Virus record (IMG/VR): IMGVR_UViG_3300023371_000434
Reading direction: 5' to 3' (one strand)
Length of the DNA: 21,838 bases
From: a virus
Below the pieces are notes generated by a model. The model made no database searches, was not told where the DNA came from, and saw only the letters and a list, made by a program, of their open reading frames with translations. Position numbers and translations under genes: made by a program. This document shows, in pieces, positions 8,203 to 19,446 of this stretch (positions are counted from its first letter, which is position 1; each line of letters starts with the position of its first letter).

Positions 8203-8397
8203 TTATAAATTTTTTTCATTTTCTCCATAAAGATACTTCAATATAGCGTCATGTACAAGCCCTGTAAAGGTTTTGTTTTCTGCTTTTAATTTAACATCTA
8301 ATTCTTCCCATAATTCTTTATCTATTTTTACTAATCTACTTGTTTTAGTTTCTTTTTCTTTTTCCCATTCTTTTTTATAATCTCTTTTCACTTCCAT
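8203..8397 (-). CDS. Ribbon-helix-helix (CopG/Arc-like) DNA-binding protein
   Basis: 64 aa. SRLVKIDKELWEELDVKLKAENKTFTGLVHDAILKYL fits a strand-helix-helix pattern. RBS AAGGAGG. Promoter-like TTGCAA ... TAATAT at about 8405-8450. Confidence 0.5.
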   Translation of the reverse strand: MEVKRDYKKEWEKEKETKTSRLVKIDKELWEELDVKLKAENKTFTGLVHDAILKYLYGENEKNL

Positions 8398-8448
8398 ACA
8401 AAAGCCTCCTTGCTTTTTTTATATTATTATATTATAATTATATTTGCA

Positions 8449-8466
8449 AGAGGGCTTTCGCCCTCT
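8449..8466 (-). terminator. GC-rich hairpin (possible terminator or stability element)
   Basis: AGAGGGC-tttc-GCCCTCT, 4 nt after the stop of the 39-aa ORF. The T-tract is weak on the minus strand and better on the plus strand. Confidence 0.35.
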
Positions 8467-8470
8467 CGGT

Positions 8471-8590
8471 TTATTCAAAGTCTTGTAAGATTAGTTTAAT
8501 CTGTTCTCGATTATGCTGTTCTCTTACTTGTCTTTGTTTTTGTGCTTGTCTATGTGCTAGATAGATAAGCACTTTTTTTATTAGTTTCAT
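8471..8590 (-). CDS. Small basic hypothetical protein (39 aa)
   Basis: Not in the ORF track. The RBS GAGGTGAGGG precedes ATG 8590. Translation: MKLIKKVLIYLAHRQAQKQRQVREQHNREQIKLILQDFE*. Confidence 0.35.
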   Translation of the reverse strand: MKLIKKVLIYLAHRQAQKQRQVREQHNREQIKLILQDFE

Positions 8591-8710
8591 TTCCCTCACC
8601 TCACTTTCTGTATATATTATACACTACGTATATACGTATGTCAATACTTTTTATAAACTTTTTTTAATATTTTTAAAAAGCCTACAGTTTATGGAACTGT
8701 AAGCTCTATT

Positions 8711-9133
8711 TTATATCTCTCCAAACTCTTTGGCTGTCATATATATAACTTTATTCATTGTATTGTAATATGTATCTTTAGATATTCCGTTATTCATTTG
8801 TGTATATATTTGATTTTTACCTTCTTTAAAAATCAATTCTACAACTTCCATTTCTTCTGGTATTAATCTTTTATAAACTTTTTCTATAGCTCTTATTTTC
8901 TTTTCTATTGTTATCATTCTTCTCGTACTAGTTTGTTCTATTATTTTTACAGCTTTTCTTTCAGTTGGATTTCCTGTAGCATTTCCTTTAGGTTGTCCGT
9001 CTGGTGGTAATGCAGATTCTTCTATAATCTCTTTTTCTAATTCTTCAAATTCTTTACAATTATCCCAATATTGATATAATTCATTCTTCACGTATTCTCT
9101 TATTTTGTAGGGTATCTTGTACTGTTTCCTCAT
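8711..9133 (-). CDS. ArpU/RinA-family late transcriptional activator (sigma-like)
   Basis: 140 aa. N-terminal KIREYVKNELYQYWDNCKEFEELEKEI and C-terminal helix-turn-helix-like region are typical of ArpU/RinA phage regulators. Positioned between the replication and packaging modules. Confidence 0.75.
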   Translation of the reverse strand: MRKQYKIPYKIREYVKNELYQYWDNCKEFEELEKEIIEESALPPDGQPKGNATGNPTERKAVKIIEQTSTRRMITIEKKIRAIEKVYKRLIPEEMEVVELIFKEGKNQIYTQMNNGISKDTYYNTMNKVIYMTAKEFGEI

Positions 9134-9148
9134 ACTCTTCCTCCTTTG

Positions 9149-9403
9149 TTACTTAATAAGATTTATAAGCACTTTTATTTTACTTATCTCTACTGTTGTA
9201 TCAGCCCAACCTCTTCTTTCTGCTTCTTCTACCAGTGCTATTATCTCCTGTATTATTTTCTCTGTATCATCAAAAGCACATCCTCTGCATCCCATTTTTT
9301 CTACATTACAACTTGATTGTTCTTTTCCTGTGCATTTCATATACTCTCTCCTTTCGTATATCTTACTTCTTTTTAATTCTTTTAGCATTTGTTCTATGTT
9401 CAT
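9149..9403 (-). CDS. Hypothetical protein
   Basis: 84-aa ORF with RBS AAAGAGGAG. Contains CTGKEQSSC...CRGC. Confidence 0.5.
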   Translation of the reverse strand: MNIEQMLKELKRSKIYERREYMKCTGKEQSSCNVEKMGCRGCAFDDTEKIIQEIIALVEEAERRGWADTTVEISKIKVLINLIK

Positions 9404-9418
9404 TTGCTATTCTCCTCT

Positions 9419-9526
9419 TTAAAAATCTTTTACCATTTTATATACTACATATATTCCTAACCCCATTATTGCTATTGTAAATATTATAAGTGCTATTATA
9501 AAAATTGTTGCTACTATATCTAACAT
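9419..9526 (-). CDS. Small hydrophobic protein (35 aa)
   Basis: Hand-called: MLDIVATIFIIALIIFTIAIMGLGIYVVYKMVKDF*, one predicted transmembrane helix. RBS GGAGAGATAAAG. Confidence 0.35.
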   Translation of the reverse strand: MLDIVATIFIIALIIFTIAIMGLGIYVVYKMVKDF

Positions 9527-9530
9527 ATCT

Positions 9531-9668
9531 TTATCTCTCCTCTCTAAATATATTTTTTAGTATTTTCTTTAATTTGCCTTTTCTTTTCTCTTTTAGGCTT
9601 TCCACATATTGTTGTATATCTTCTTTTGTTACAATCAAATCAAATTCATCCATCCATTCTGCATACAT
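9531..9668 (-). CDS. Small hypothetical protein (45 aa)
   Basis: Hand-called: MYAEWMDEFDLIVTKEDIQQYVESLKEKRKGKLKKILKNIFREER*. RBS AAGGAG. Confidence 0.35.
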   Translation of the reverse strand: MYAEWMDEFDLIVTKEDIQQYVESLKEKRKGKLKKILKNIFREER

Positions 9669-9675
9669 ATTTGTA

Positions 9676-10016
9676 TCACTCCTTATTTATTTTTTTATCT
9701 AGTTGTTTTACTGCTTTAATAAGTTCATTTATTTTATTAAAATGATTTTTCATTGATTCTCTTGTATCAAAAACTGTATTTGGTTTTAATTCTTCAATAG
9801 CTTGTATATCTATATCTTGTTTTTCTTCTATTAATTCAAATTCTGCATTTGCAATATGTTCATCTGTCCAATGTAACATTAAAGGTTCATCACCTTCATA
9901 AATAGTAAATCCATCAAATTCACATATTGTATCTTTGTATCTTAATTTAGTCCCGTTTTGTTATTTCTTTTTCTGCAATCATTCTTAATATTTCCCATCC
10001 GTTTATATGTTTTCAT
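9676..10016 (-). CDS. Hypothetical protein requiring two +1 shifts (CGGA and CGGG); 112 aa if recoded
   Basis: ATG at 10016. Reads MKTYK-[CGGA 10001..9998][14 protein letters not shown][CGGG 9955..9952][32 protein letters not shown]... and joins the 67-aa ORF-track ORF. Length 341 nt = 113 codons + 2. Confidence 0.55.
9952..9955 (-). other. +1 recoding site AAA CGGG ACT
   Basis: See CDS 9676..10016. The zero frame stops two codons later (CGG GAC TAA). Confidence 0.55.
9998..10001 (-). other. +1 recoding site AAA CGGA TGG
   Basis: See CDS 9676..10016. This is the sixth codon of the gene. Confidence 0.55.
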
Positions 10017-10375
10017 TCCATTTTCTCCCCTTTCCTCTTGGTTTTGCTAAACCTGTTCTATATGCGTGTTTTTCATTTTCACTTTGATTACACCATTCCA
10101 AATTATCTATCCTATTATTAGTTTTATCTCCATCTTTGTGATTTACTTGAGGTTTATTCATAACATTTGCAATAAAGTATTGTGCAACTAAAATATGTAC
10201 TTTTTTAGTTTTATGTATGTTATTTATACTTAAACCTACTGTATGATAACCATATCTATTTGGAGTTGATTTTAATATTTTTTCTTTTCCGAATTTTAAG
10301 GATTTAACTCTGCCTAAATTACTTATTTGATATATGCCTTCATATCCGTTTTATATCTCGCCATTCTTCTTCCAA
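10003..10375 (-). CDS. NUMOD4 + HNH homing-type endonuclease requiring one +1 shift at CGGA (123 aa if recoded)
   Basis: TTG start at 10375, 6 nt after GGAGGA. Reads MEEEWRDIK-[CGGA 10348..10345][113 protein letters not shown]. Length 373 nt = 124 codons + 1. The zero frame stops two codons after CGG. Confidence 0.7.
10345..10348 (-). other. +1 recoding site AAA CGGA TAT
   Basis: See CDS 10003..10375. The zero frame stops at CGG ATA TGA. The shifted frame gives the NUMOD4 motif [18 protein letters not shown]. Confidence 0.65.
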
Positions 10376-10377
10376 GT

Positions 10378-10542
10378 CTATTCCTCCACTTCTTTAACAT
10401 CGAAACCTTCTCGCTCCAATGCTTCTTTTAATTCCTCTTCTGTTGTTCCTACTACTCCTAAATACATATCTTTAAATATGTCTGCAATTGTTTCTATTTC
10501 AAATTCATCACATTCTACTTCGTATTTTCCAAATATATACAA
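10378..10542 (-). CDS. Small acidic hypothetical protein (54 aa)
   Basis: Hand-called with TTG start after GAGGAGGAATAGAG: MYIFGKYEVECDEFEIETIADIFKDMYLGVVGTTEEELKEALEREGFDVKEVEE*. Confidence 0.35.
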   Translation of the reverse strand: MYIFGKYEVECDEFEIETIADIFKDMYLGVVGTTEEELKEALEREGFDVKEVEE

Positions 10543-10544
10543 CT

Positions 10545-10758
10545 CTATTCCTCCTCATAATAATCATCTTCAAAAAATCCCAATTTGTATTCTTCCTCAA
10601 ACGTTAATAGTTTACCATTTTTGTAAACATCAAATGCACAATGACCATTATCATAAGACCATAACCAATTTTGTCTAAACCATCTTAATATCTTATCTAT
10701 ACTTTCATTTTTATAACTATCAATTTTACAATGATACTGCCAAATATCAATTTTCCAT
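10545..10758 (-). CDS. Hypothetical protein with anomalous start (ATG is +1 out of frame with a 70-codon ORF)
   Basis: Open frame 10757..10545 encodes WKIDIWQYHCKIDSYKNESIDKILRWFRQNWLWSYDNGHCAFDVYKNGKLLTFEEEYKLGFFEDDYYEEE* with no ATG, GTG or TTG near its 5' end. The RBS-served ATG (10758..10756, TAATG overlap) reads ATG GAA AAT TGA. Confidence 0.35.
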
Positions 10759-11010
10759 TATTCCTCCTTTACTTTTTCTACTAGTCCTGCTTGGATTAGG
10801 TCAGTTAAAAGTTCTTTTTGATATTCTTCCCAACTACTTCCGCAAAAATCTTCAATGCATATAAAAATTGTTCTATCTTTATATATTGCTATGTAATCGT
10901 TGTATTCTAAGTCTTTAATATAAGCTTTGTGGCAAGCATCATCTAATCCTAATCTATATCCAAACTTCTCTAATTCTTTTAAATCTACTCCGTTCTTTTA
11001 TCTTTAACAT
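10758..11010 (-). CDS. Hypothetical protein requiring one +1 shift at CGGA (83 aa if recoded)
   Basis: ATG at 11010 after AAAGGAGGAAAT. Reads MLKIKE-[CGGA 10992..10989]-VDLKELEKFGYRLGLDDACHKAYIKDLEYNDYIAIYKDRTIFICIEDFCGSSWEEYQKELLTDLIQAGLVEKVKEE*. Length 253 nt = 84 codons + 1. Confidence 0.5.
10989..10992 (-). other. +1 recoding site GAA CGGA GTA
   Basis: See CDS 10758..11010. Confidence 0.5.
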
Positions 11011-11423
11011 ATTTCCTCCTTTACTTTATAACAGTTAGCTTCAAACAATTCTTTTGTTAGTATTGTTTTGATATCAGCTTGATATATGTAATATTTCATA
11101 TCTGTTCCTTTAAATTGTGCTGTTCTGTATTGTGTCACTAACTTTCTTCCTCTATATTCTTCTGTTCCATCATCTAATGTTTCCCAATATTCAATTATAT
11201 CTATTACTAATTCACCATTCACATAGTCTCCTATTTTTGTTAAATCTATTGTATTAAATGAGTGTGTCTCTATGTCTTCTAATGTATGTACTCCATTTAC
11301 TAGTAGCACGTTACGTTTTCTATATCCAAAACCTTTTTCTTTTCTTGTTTCTGGTGTATTTACAGTTTTTACTTTTCTTATTAATCCTTTTTTAGTTCTA
11401 TAATACTCTCCTACTTCTATCAT
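11004..11423 (-). CDS. Hypothetical protein
   Basis: 139-aa ORF-track ORF with RBS AAGGAGGAAAT. Confidence 0.55.
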   Translation of the reverse strand: MIEVGEYYRTKKGLIRKVKTVNTPETRKEKGFGYRKRNVLLVNGVHTLEDIETHSFNTIDLTKIGDYVNGELVIDIIEYWETLDDGTEEYRGRKLVTQYRTAQFKGTDMKYYIYQADIKTILTKELFEANCYKVKEEIC

Positions 11424-11569
11424 ATTTCCTCCTTATATAAACCTTTTCCACAATTATAGCCACCATACATGCAAAGCATTGCAAGTATAAATGCATTTTG
11501 AGTTTTATTAAATATAATGATTCCAACTATAATTTCAACTATTCCAAATATAAAATCCATATATTTCAT
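11420..11569 (-). CDS. Small hydrophobic protein (49 aa)
   Basis: Hand-called: MKYMDFIFGIVEIIVGIIIFNKTQNAFILAMLCMYGGYNCGKGLYKEEI*. RBS GGAGGAAATATGAG. Stop overlaps the next start. Confidence 0.35.
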   Translation of the reverse strand: MKYMDFIFGIVEIIVGIIIFNKTQNAFILAMLCMYGGYNCGKGLYKEEI

Positions 11570-11582
11570 CTCATATTTCCTC

Positions 11583-11810
11583 CTATCTCATACCTTCAAA
11601 TTCTATATATCCTTCACGTTTTAATTTATTTAGTTTCTTGTCCATTTCTCTAAATCTTTCTTCTATTTTAATTACTTCTTTCTCTTCCAACATCTTCAAT
11701 ATCTCTTCCTTTGCTTTTATAAACTCTGCACTGTAACATATTGAATTTATGTATTTGTTATATATTATGTGTTTATCTAAGTTGTTTAAGATTTCTATTA
11801 TTTCGTTCAT
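11583..11810 (-). CDS. Hypothetical protein
   Basis: ORF-track ORF. I prefer ATG 11810 (MNEIIEILNN...) after GGGAGGAAACAAC, in an ATGA overlap with the upstream stop. Confidence 0.5.
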   Translation of the reverse strand: MNEIIEILNNLDKHIIYNKYINSICYSAEFIKAKEEILKMLEEKEVIKIEERFREMDKKLNKLKREGYIEFEGMR

Positions 11811-12165
11811 GTTGTTTCCTCCCATCCAATTGCTAGTCTGATATACTTTATAACGTCATCTTCTTGCATAATTTTATTTTCAATAACTCTTTTAGAATAT
11901 TTGTCTATTCCTTCCATAACTTTTTTATTGAACTTATTTTCTTTTGCATTATCTTCTAATCTCATTAAGAACCATTTAAACATTTTTAACATAACTGTTT
12001 TTGGCATTTGTTCATCTTGTTGTTTTAACCAATCGTCAAATGTTTGTTGATTTTCAAAGCCTTCTATAAAAATGTTTTTTGAAACTTGTATCATTTTTAC
12101 CTCCTTTTTAATGGTAACGGACTTGTTAACTGTGTAAAAACTTCTTAAATCTTTAGAGCTGTAAG

Positions 12166-14404
<2,239 letters not shown>

Positions 14405-14468
14405 TTATTACACCTGCCTTTTCTTTTGAGTAAAGGCAGCACAATTCCACTTATGCTGCCTCTTATTT

Positions 14469-14972
14469 CTAGCCCCAACCTAAATCTTCTTTTATTTCAT
14501 CTGATTCAGTAACAGGTATATTTGCTTTTTTGAATTTTTCTGCAATTTTAAAAGTTTTAAATCCTTTTTTATTTTTTCCATATTCAAGTGCATATTCTTC
14601 ATTAACAATTTTTTCATATATATTTAGTAACAAAATATTGTAATTTGCATAACCTTTAAATTCTACTATTTCGTCTGTTTCTAAACTTCTTAAAAACTCA
14701 TTAACAACATGTATTTGAAATCCTTCTCTTACTAATTGATTCATAAATATTAATCTTCCTTGATTTTTTCCATTTAATATTTCAAACCAAGTTGTTACCA
14801 TAGGGTCTCCTTTTTTAGATTGTCCTAATTCTAATTTTGTAATTTTAACTTCATATGTTCCTTCTTCAACTTCGTCATATTCTCCAAATTCTCTTGTTGA
14901 TGCATCTTGTACATCTTTCTCTAATCCTTCTATATCTACTTTACTATCAAATTCTTCCCAATTAATTGCCAT
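14469..14972 (-). CDS. DUF669-family phage protein
   Basis: 167 aa. EEGTYEVKITKLELGQSKKGDPMVTTWFEILNGKNQGRLIF is typical of DUF669 proteins, which are found next to Sak4-type ATPases. Confidence 0.65.
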   Translation of the reverse strand: MAINWEEFDSKVDIEGLEKDVQDASTREFGEYDEVEEGTYEVKITKLELGQSKKGDPMVTTWFEILNGKNQGRLIFMNQLVREGFQIHVVNEFLRSLETDEIVEFKGYANYNILLLNIYEKIVNEEYALEYGKNKKGFKTFKIAEKFKKANIPVTESDEIKEDLGWG

Positions 14973-15697
14973 TATTTTTTACCTCCATTTATAAATTCTT
15001 TTTTAAATTCTTCCACATTTAGTGGTATTCTAGTTTGTTGTAAACCTATTCTGTTTCCACCAAACACATAATCGTTATATGTAAAATCTAAATATCTTTT
15101 ATTATCATTATCTAGAATTACTCTTGCTGTAATATCTACCATTCCAGCTAGTTTTTTTGCTATTTTTTCTTGTAGGTTTACAGTGTAACTTGTAATACTT
15201 GTACCATTTTTAAAATTTACTTCTTCTACTTTGTCATGACTTAGTAAAACAATGTTATAATCACTGTTAATAATTCTTTTTATTATTGTTAAAAATTCTG
15301 TTTTAATCATGTCATAACCTTTTCCATATCCCGCATCTGATTCATGTTCTATTTCTAGTTTGTTATACATATAAACTCTACATGCTTCATATACATCTTC
15401 TATTAAATCTATAACTATTGTTTTGTAAGAGTGATTTCCTGCTATTATTTCATCTACTGCTTCTTTAAAAACTTCCCAAGCAAATTTTACTTTTTTTATT
15501 CTTCCCTCCATACTTACTTCATCTCTTATTGCTATATATGGAGCATCTACATATTGTATATTTCCATCTGTATTTAATATCAATGGTTCTGGAAATCCGT
15601 TAGCAAAAGTTGTTTTTCCACTCATAGGACTTCCATATAAATATAATTTTACTTTTTTAGATGCCTGAACATCTCTTTTTTTATTTTCTGGTAACAT
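14972..15697 (-). CDS. Sak4-like AAA_24 ATPase (RecA-like annealing/recombination protein)
   Basis: 241 aa. Walker A YGSPMSGKTT followed by PLILNTDGN. Walker B-like VIDLIED. Confidence 0.8.
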   Translation of the reverse strand: MLPENKKRDVQASKKVKLYLYGSPMSGKTTFANGFPEPLILNTDGNIQYVDAPYIAIRDEVSMEGRIKKVKFAWEVFKEAVDEIIAGNHSYKTIVIDLIEDVYEACRVYMYNKLEIEHESDAGYGKGYDMIKTEFLTIIKRIINSDYNIVLLSHDKVEEVNFKNGTSITSYTVNLQEKIAKKLAGMVDITARVILDNDNKRYLDFTYNDYVFGGNRIGLQQTRIPLNVEEFKKEFINGGKK

Positions 15698-15709
15698 CTT
15701 ATTTCCTCC

Positions 15710-16749
<1,040 letters not shown>

Positions 16750-16750
<1 letters not shown>

Positions 16751-17100
16751 TAGTCCTCCAATTCATCAATACTAAGTTGTTTATTAATTTTTTCAACAAA
16801 TACTTCGTTAGTTTCTTCATTAATTTTTAACTCATAGTCATATCCGACACTACCTTTATTTGTATTTTTAGTTTCTTTTATTTTTTCGCTTATTGAATAA
16901 TCAATTCTAGGTTCTTCCCATTCGATGTATTCGCCTTCCTCTGTTGTATCTCCGAAGTGAGAACTATCTAAATTTATCTTCAAATTAATTTCTGCTTCTC
17001 TTTTTCCTGTAACAACGATATTCATAAGTCTATTCAATATAATTTCCAGTTGATCCCTCATAGGTTTTAATAATTCACTATCTAAATCTAATTTTTGCAT
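16750..17100 (-). CDS. Hypothetical acidic protein
   Basis: ORF-track ORF. I prefer ATG 17100 (MQKLDLDSE...) after GGAGGAATTATAAA. Confidence 0.5.
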
Positions 17101-17101
17101 T

Positions 17102-18331
17102 TTATAATTCCTCCTTTTTAAATAATTCATCTGTATAGTCTTTTCTTTGTTTCAATGTTTCAAGTATTTTTTCTTCAATTGAATTTTCAGTAATTAAGTA
17201 ATAATACATACAATTATTTTTTTGCCCTATACGATGAATACGTTTCTTCGATTGTTCAAATAATTCTGAACTTAGAGGCAAACTAAAATAAATTATTTTA
17301 TTTGCCTTTTGTAAGTTTAGTCCGGTTGCTCCTGCTTGATATTGTACAAATGTTACACTGTTATTGTATTTTTCATAATGCGTTAAGTCTTTCATATCTC
17401 CACAAACTATGCTTATATTCTTTTCTGTACATAATCTAGTAATCAATTTTCTTTCTTCATTAAAATTGTAAAAAATTATAAGTCTGTCATCTGTAGATTC
17501 TATTATGTCTTTAAGTGCTTGTAATTTATTTTTATTGTATTGTGCTGCTAATTGTCTTAAATATAAGAGCCTTGTAAGTGATGTGTCTCCAATTAGTTGT
17601 TTATCATCTAAAGTAATAAGTCTATCTGTCTTAAATCTCTTATATTCTTTTGTGTTTTCAACTTTTACTACATTATCGATTTGTTCTGGAAGTTCTATTG
17701 CTTCCTCTGTTTTCATGAATACTGCACCGTATTGAGCTAACCTTTGTTTTAAATGTTCAGTATTTTTATAACCTGTTACTTTAGGCATTTTATAACCATT
17801 TATTGGTATTAATATGTAATTTATATACATATTCCAAAATGTCTCTTTAGTAATTTTCCATCCTAACAATTTGCATTGTGTTAATAATTCTTCATATTTT
17901 CCTCCAGTTGGAGTTCCACTACATAAAATTAAATTTTTGAAATTTAAATTCATAATAAATTTTGTTCTTGATGCTTTTGAATTTTTTATGAACTGAGATT
18001 CATCTAAAATCAATGTGTAATTATTTAATCCTAGAAATTCTGATCTCCTCCATATTAAATCATAGTTTATTATCACTACTGTTTTATTTAATAATTGGTC
18101 TGGTAGATTATAAGTAAATACCTGGTATTCTGAATAATACTTTTTTATATGCATTTCCCATATTGAAACAACAGATTTTGGACAAACAATAACTACTAAA
18201 TTATCATTAAGTTCTTTCATTTTTTCTGATGCAACAAATGTCTTTCCTAATCCCATATCCAGATACAAAGCGCATCTAGTTTTTTCTTTTATCTGATTCA
18301 ACACTTGCTTTTGATGTGGATATAAGTCCAT
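17102..18331 (-). CDS. SNF2-family (DEAD/DEAH-like) helicase
   Basis: 409 aa. Motifs: GLGKT (I), LDESQFIKN (II), CSGTP (III), KRIHRIGQ (VI). RBS AAGGAGGAAAAAA. Confidence 0.85.
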   Translation of the reverse strand: MDLYPHQKQVLNQIKEKTRCALYLDMGLGKTFVASEKMKELNDNLVVIVCPKSVVSIWEMHIKKYYSEYQVFTYNLPDQLLNKTVVIINYDLIWRRSEFLGLNNYTLILDESQFIKNSKASRTKFIMNLNFKNLILCSGTPTGGKYEELLTQCKLLGWKITKETFWNMYINYILIPINGYKMPKVTGYKNTEHLKQRLAQYGAVFMKTEEAIELPEQIDNVVKVENTKEYKRFKTDRLITLDDKQLIGDTSLTRLLYLRQLAAQYNKNKLQALKDIIESTDDRLIIFYNFNEERKLITRLCTEKNISIVCGDMKDLTHYEKYNNSVTFVQYQAGATGLNLQKANKIIYFSLPLSSELFEQSKKRIHRIGQKNNCMYYYLITENSIEEKILETLKQRKDYTDELFKKEEL

Positions 18332-18467
18332 TTTTTTCCTCCTTCAACTGGTTTATTTTTCGCCTTAATTCATCTGCAAACCTATAATCACTGCTATCCC
18401 AACAATCTTGCATTTGTAGCATAAAATATCTTCGCTCTAATTCTTCTAGTGTTTCTGGCATTGTCAT
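18276..18467 (-). CDS. Hypothetical protein
   Basis: 63-aa ORF with RBS AAAGGAGAA. Overlaps the helicase start by 56 nt. Confidence 0.4.
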   Translation of the reverse strand: MTMPETLEELERRYFMLQMQDCWDSSDYRFADELRRKINQLKEEKNGLISTSKASVESDKRKN

Positions 18468-18543
18468 TTCTCCTTTGACATATTTGTTTTTTCGTGTTAT
18501 ACTAAAACAAATATGAATTATTTTTTATGTTCTTATTTTTGAG

Positions 18544-18783
18544 TTAGTTTGTTGATTGGTAGTCGGAAACTAGCTCTTTTACTTTGTCTAATCTAACTTT
18601 TGGATTATTGTAATTATTGCTTTCTACTAGAATAATAATTTCATTTATTAAGTTCTTATCTTTCTTGTGTGTTTTTTCTTGACAATGTATAAAATAATCT
18701 CTTTCTGCTTTTTCATTTTCCAATGTTCTTACTGCTCTTGCTAATTCTAAACATCTTGATTCTAATTCTCTTTTTTTAGGCAT
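18544..18783 (-). CDS. Hypothetical protein
   Basis: 79-aa ORF with RBS AAAGGAGGAATAAGG. Confidence 0.45.
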   Translation of the reverse strand: MPKKRELESRCLELARAVRTLENEKAERDYFIHCQEKTHKKDKNLINEIIILVESNNYNNPKVRLDKVKELVSDYQSTN

Positions 18784-18798
18784 CCTTATTCCTCCTTT

Positions 18799-18900
18799 CT
18801 ATAAACCTAATATATTACAAGCTAGTCCATATAATAGACAGCCTAATATTGGTAATGTTATACATGATGTTCCTTTTAAAATTTCTTTTATCTTTTTCAT
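18799..18900 (-). CDS. Small hydrophobic protein (33 aa)
   Basis: Hand-called: MKKIKEILKGTSCITLPILGCLLYGLACNILGL*. RBS GGAGTTACAA. Confidence 0.3.
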   Translation of the reverse strand: MKKIKEILKGTSCITLPILGCLLYGLACNILGL

Positions 18901-18913
18901 TTGTAACTCCTTT

Positions 18914-19198
18914 CTAAACTACTTTGTTTAGTTCTAAATTGATTTTTCTCTTTTGAAAGTCTACGTTTATTGTTTTACTTCTTGTTTTTCTTTTTATAGG
19001 TTTAATTTCTAATGTTTCTTGTGATTCTAATGTCTTTATTTCTACAAATTCTTTTATGTCTTTTGGGGCAAATCTATAATCTTTCGCTCCAATTTTGAAA
19101 CACTTTAAACCTTCATTTATAAACTTTATTATTGTTCTTGTGTCTTTTACTTTGAAGTATTGCTTTACTTCTTCCATTGTTAATAATGTTTCTTCCAT
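18914..19198 (-). CDS. Excisionase-like / MerR-type HTH DNA-binding protein
   Basis: 94 aa. LTMEEVKQYFKVKDTRTIIKFINEGLKCFKIGAKDYRFAPKDIKEFVE resembles the excisionase-family HTH. Second gene of the early leftward operon. Confidence 0.5.
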   Translation of the reverse strand: MEETLLTMEEVKQYFKVKDTRTIIKFINEGLKCFKIGAKDYRFAPKDIKEFVEIKTLESQETLEIKPIKRKTRSKTINVDFQKRKINLELNKVV

Positions 19199-19221
19199 AT
19201 TTGCCCTCCTTTTTATCAGTT

Positions 19222-19446
19222 TTACTGAACTTTAAAATTAAAAAAATTTTTTGGAGATTTTCCTAATATTTTAGATATATTATTTATATTCGATATTTTA
19301 GGTTCTGAAATTCCATTCTCAATATTATAGTATGTAACTTTGCTTTTAAATCCTAATAATCTAGCCATGTCTATAATGGATAAACCTTTGTTTTTTCTCT
19401 CCCTTTTCAATTTTTCTGTATATACATACTGACTATATTTATTCAT
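19222..19446 (-). CDS. Cro-like XRE-family HTH regulator
   Basis: 74 aa. KGLSIIDMARLLGFKSKVTYYNIENG is an XRE HTH. Divergent from the CI-like repressor. Confidence 0.8.
   Translation of the reverse strand: MNKYSQYVYTEKLKRERKNKGLSIIDMARLLGFKSKVTYYNIENGISEPKISNINNISKILGKSPKNFFNFKVQ

Noticed and set aside
8203-8397. The RHH protein as the antitoxin of a toxin-antitoxin pair.
   Set aside because: No toxin-sized ORF is co-transcribed. The gene is followed by its own terminator, and the next ORF has a separate promoter.
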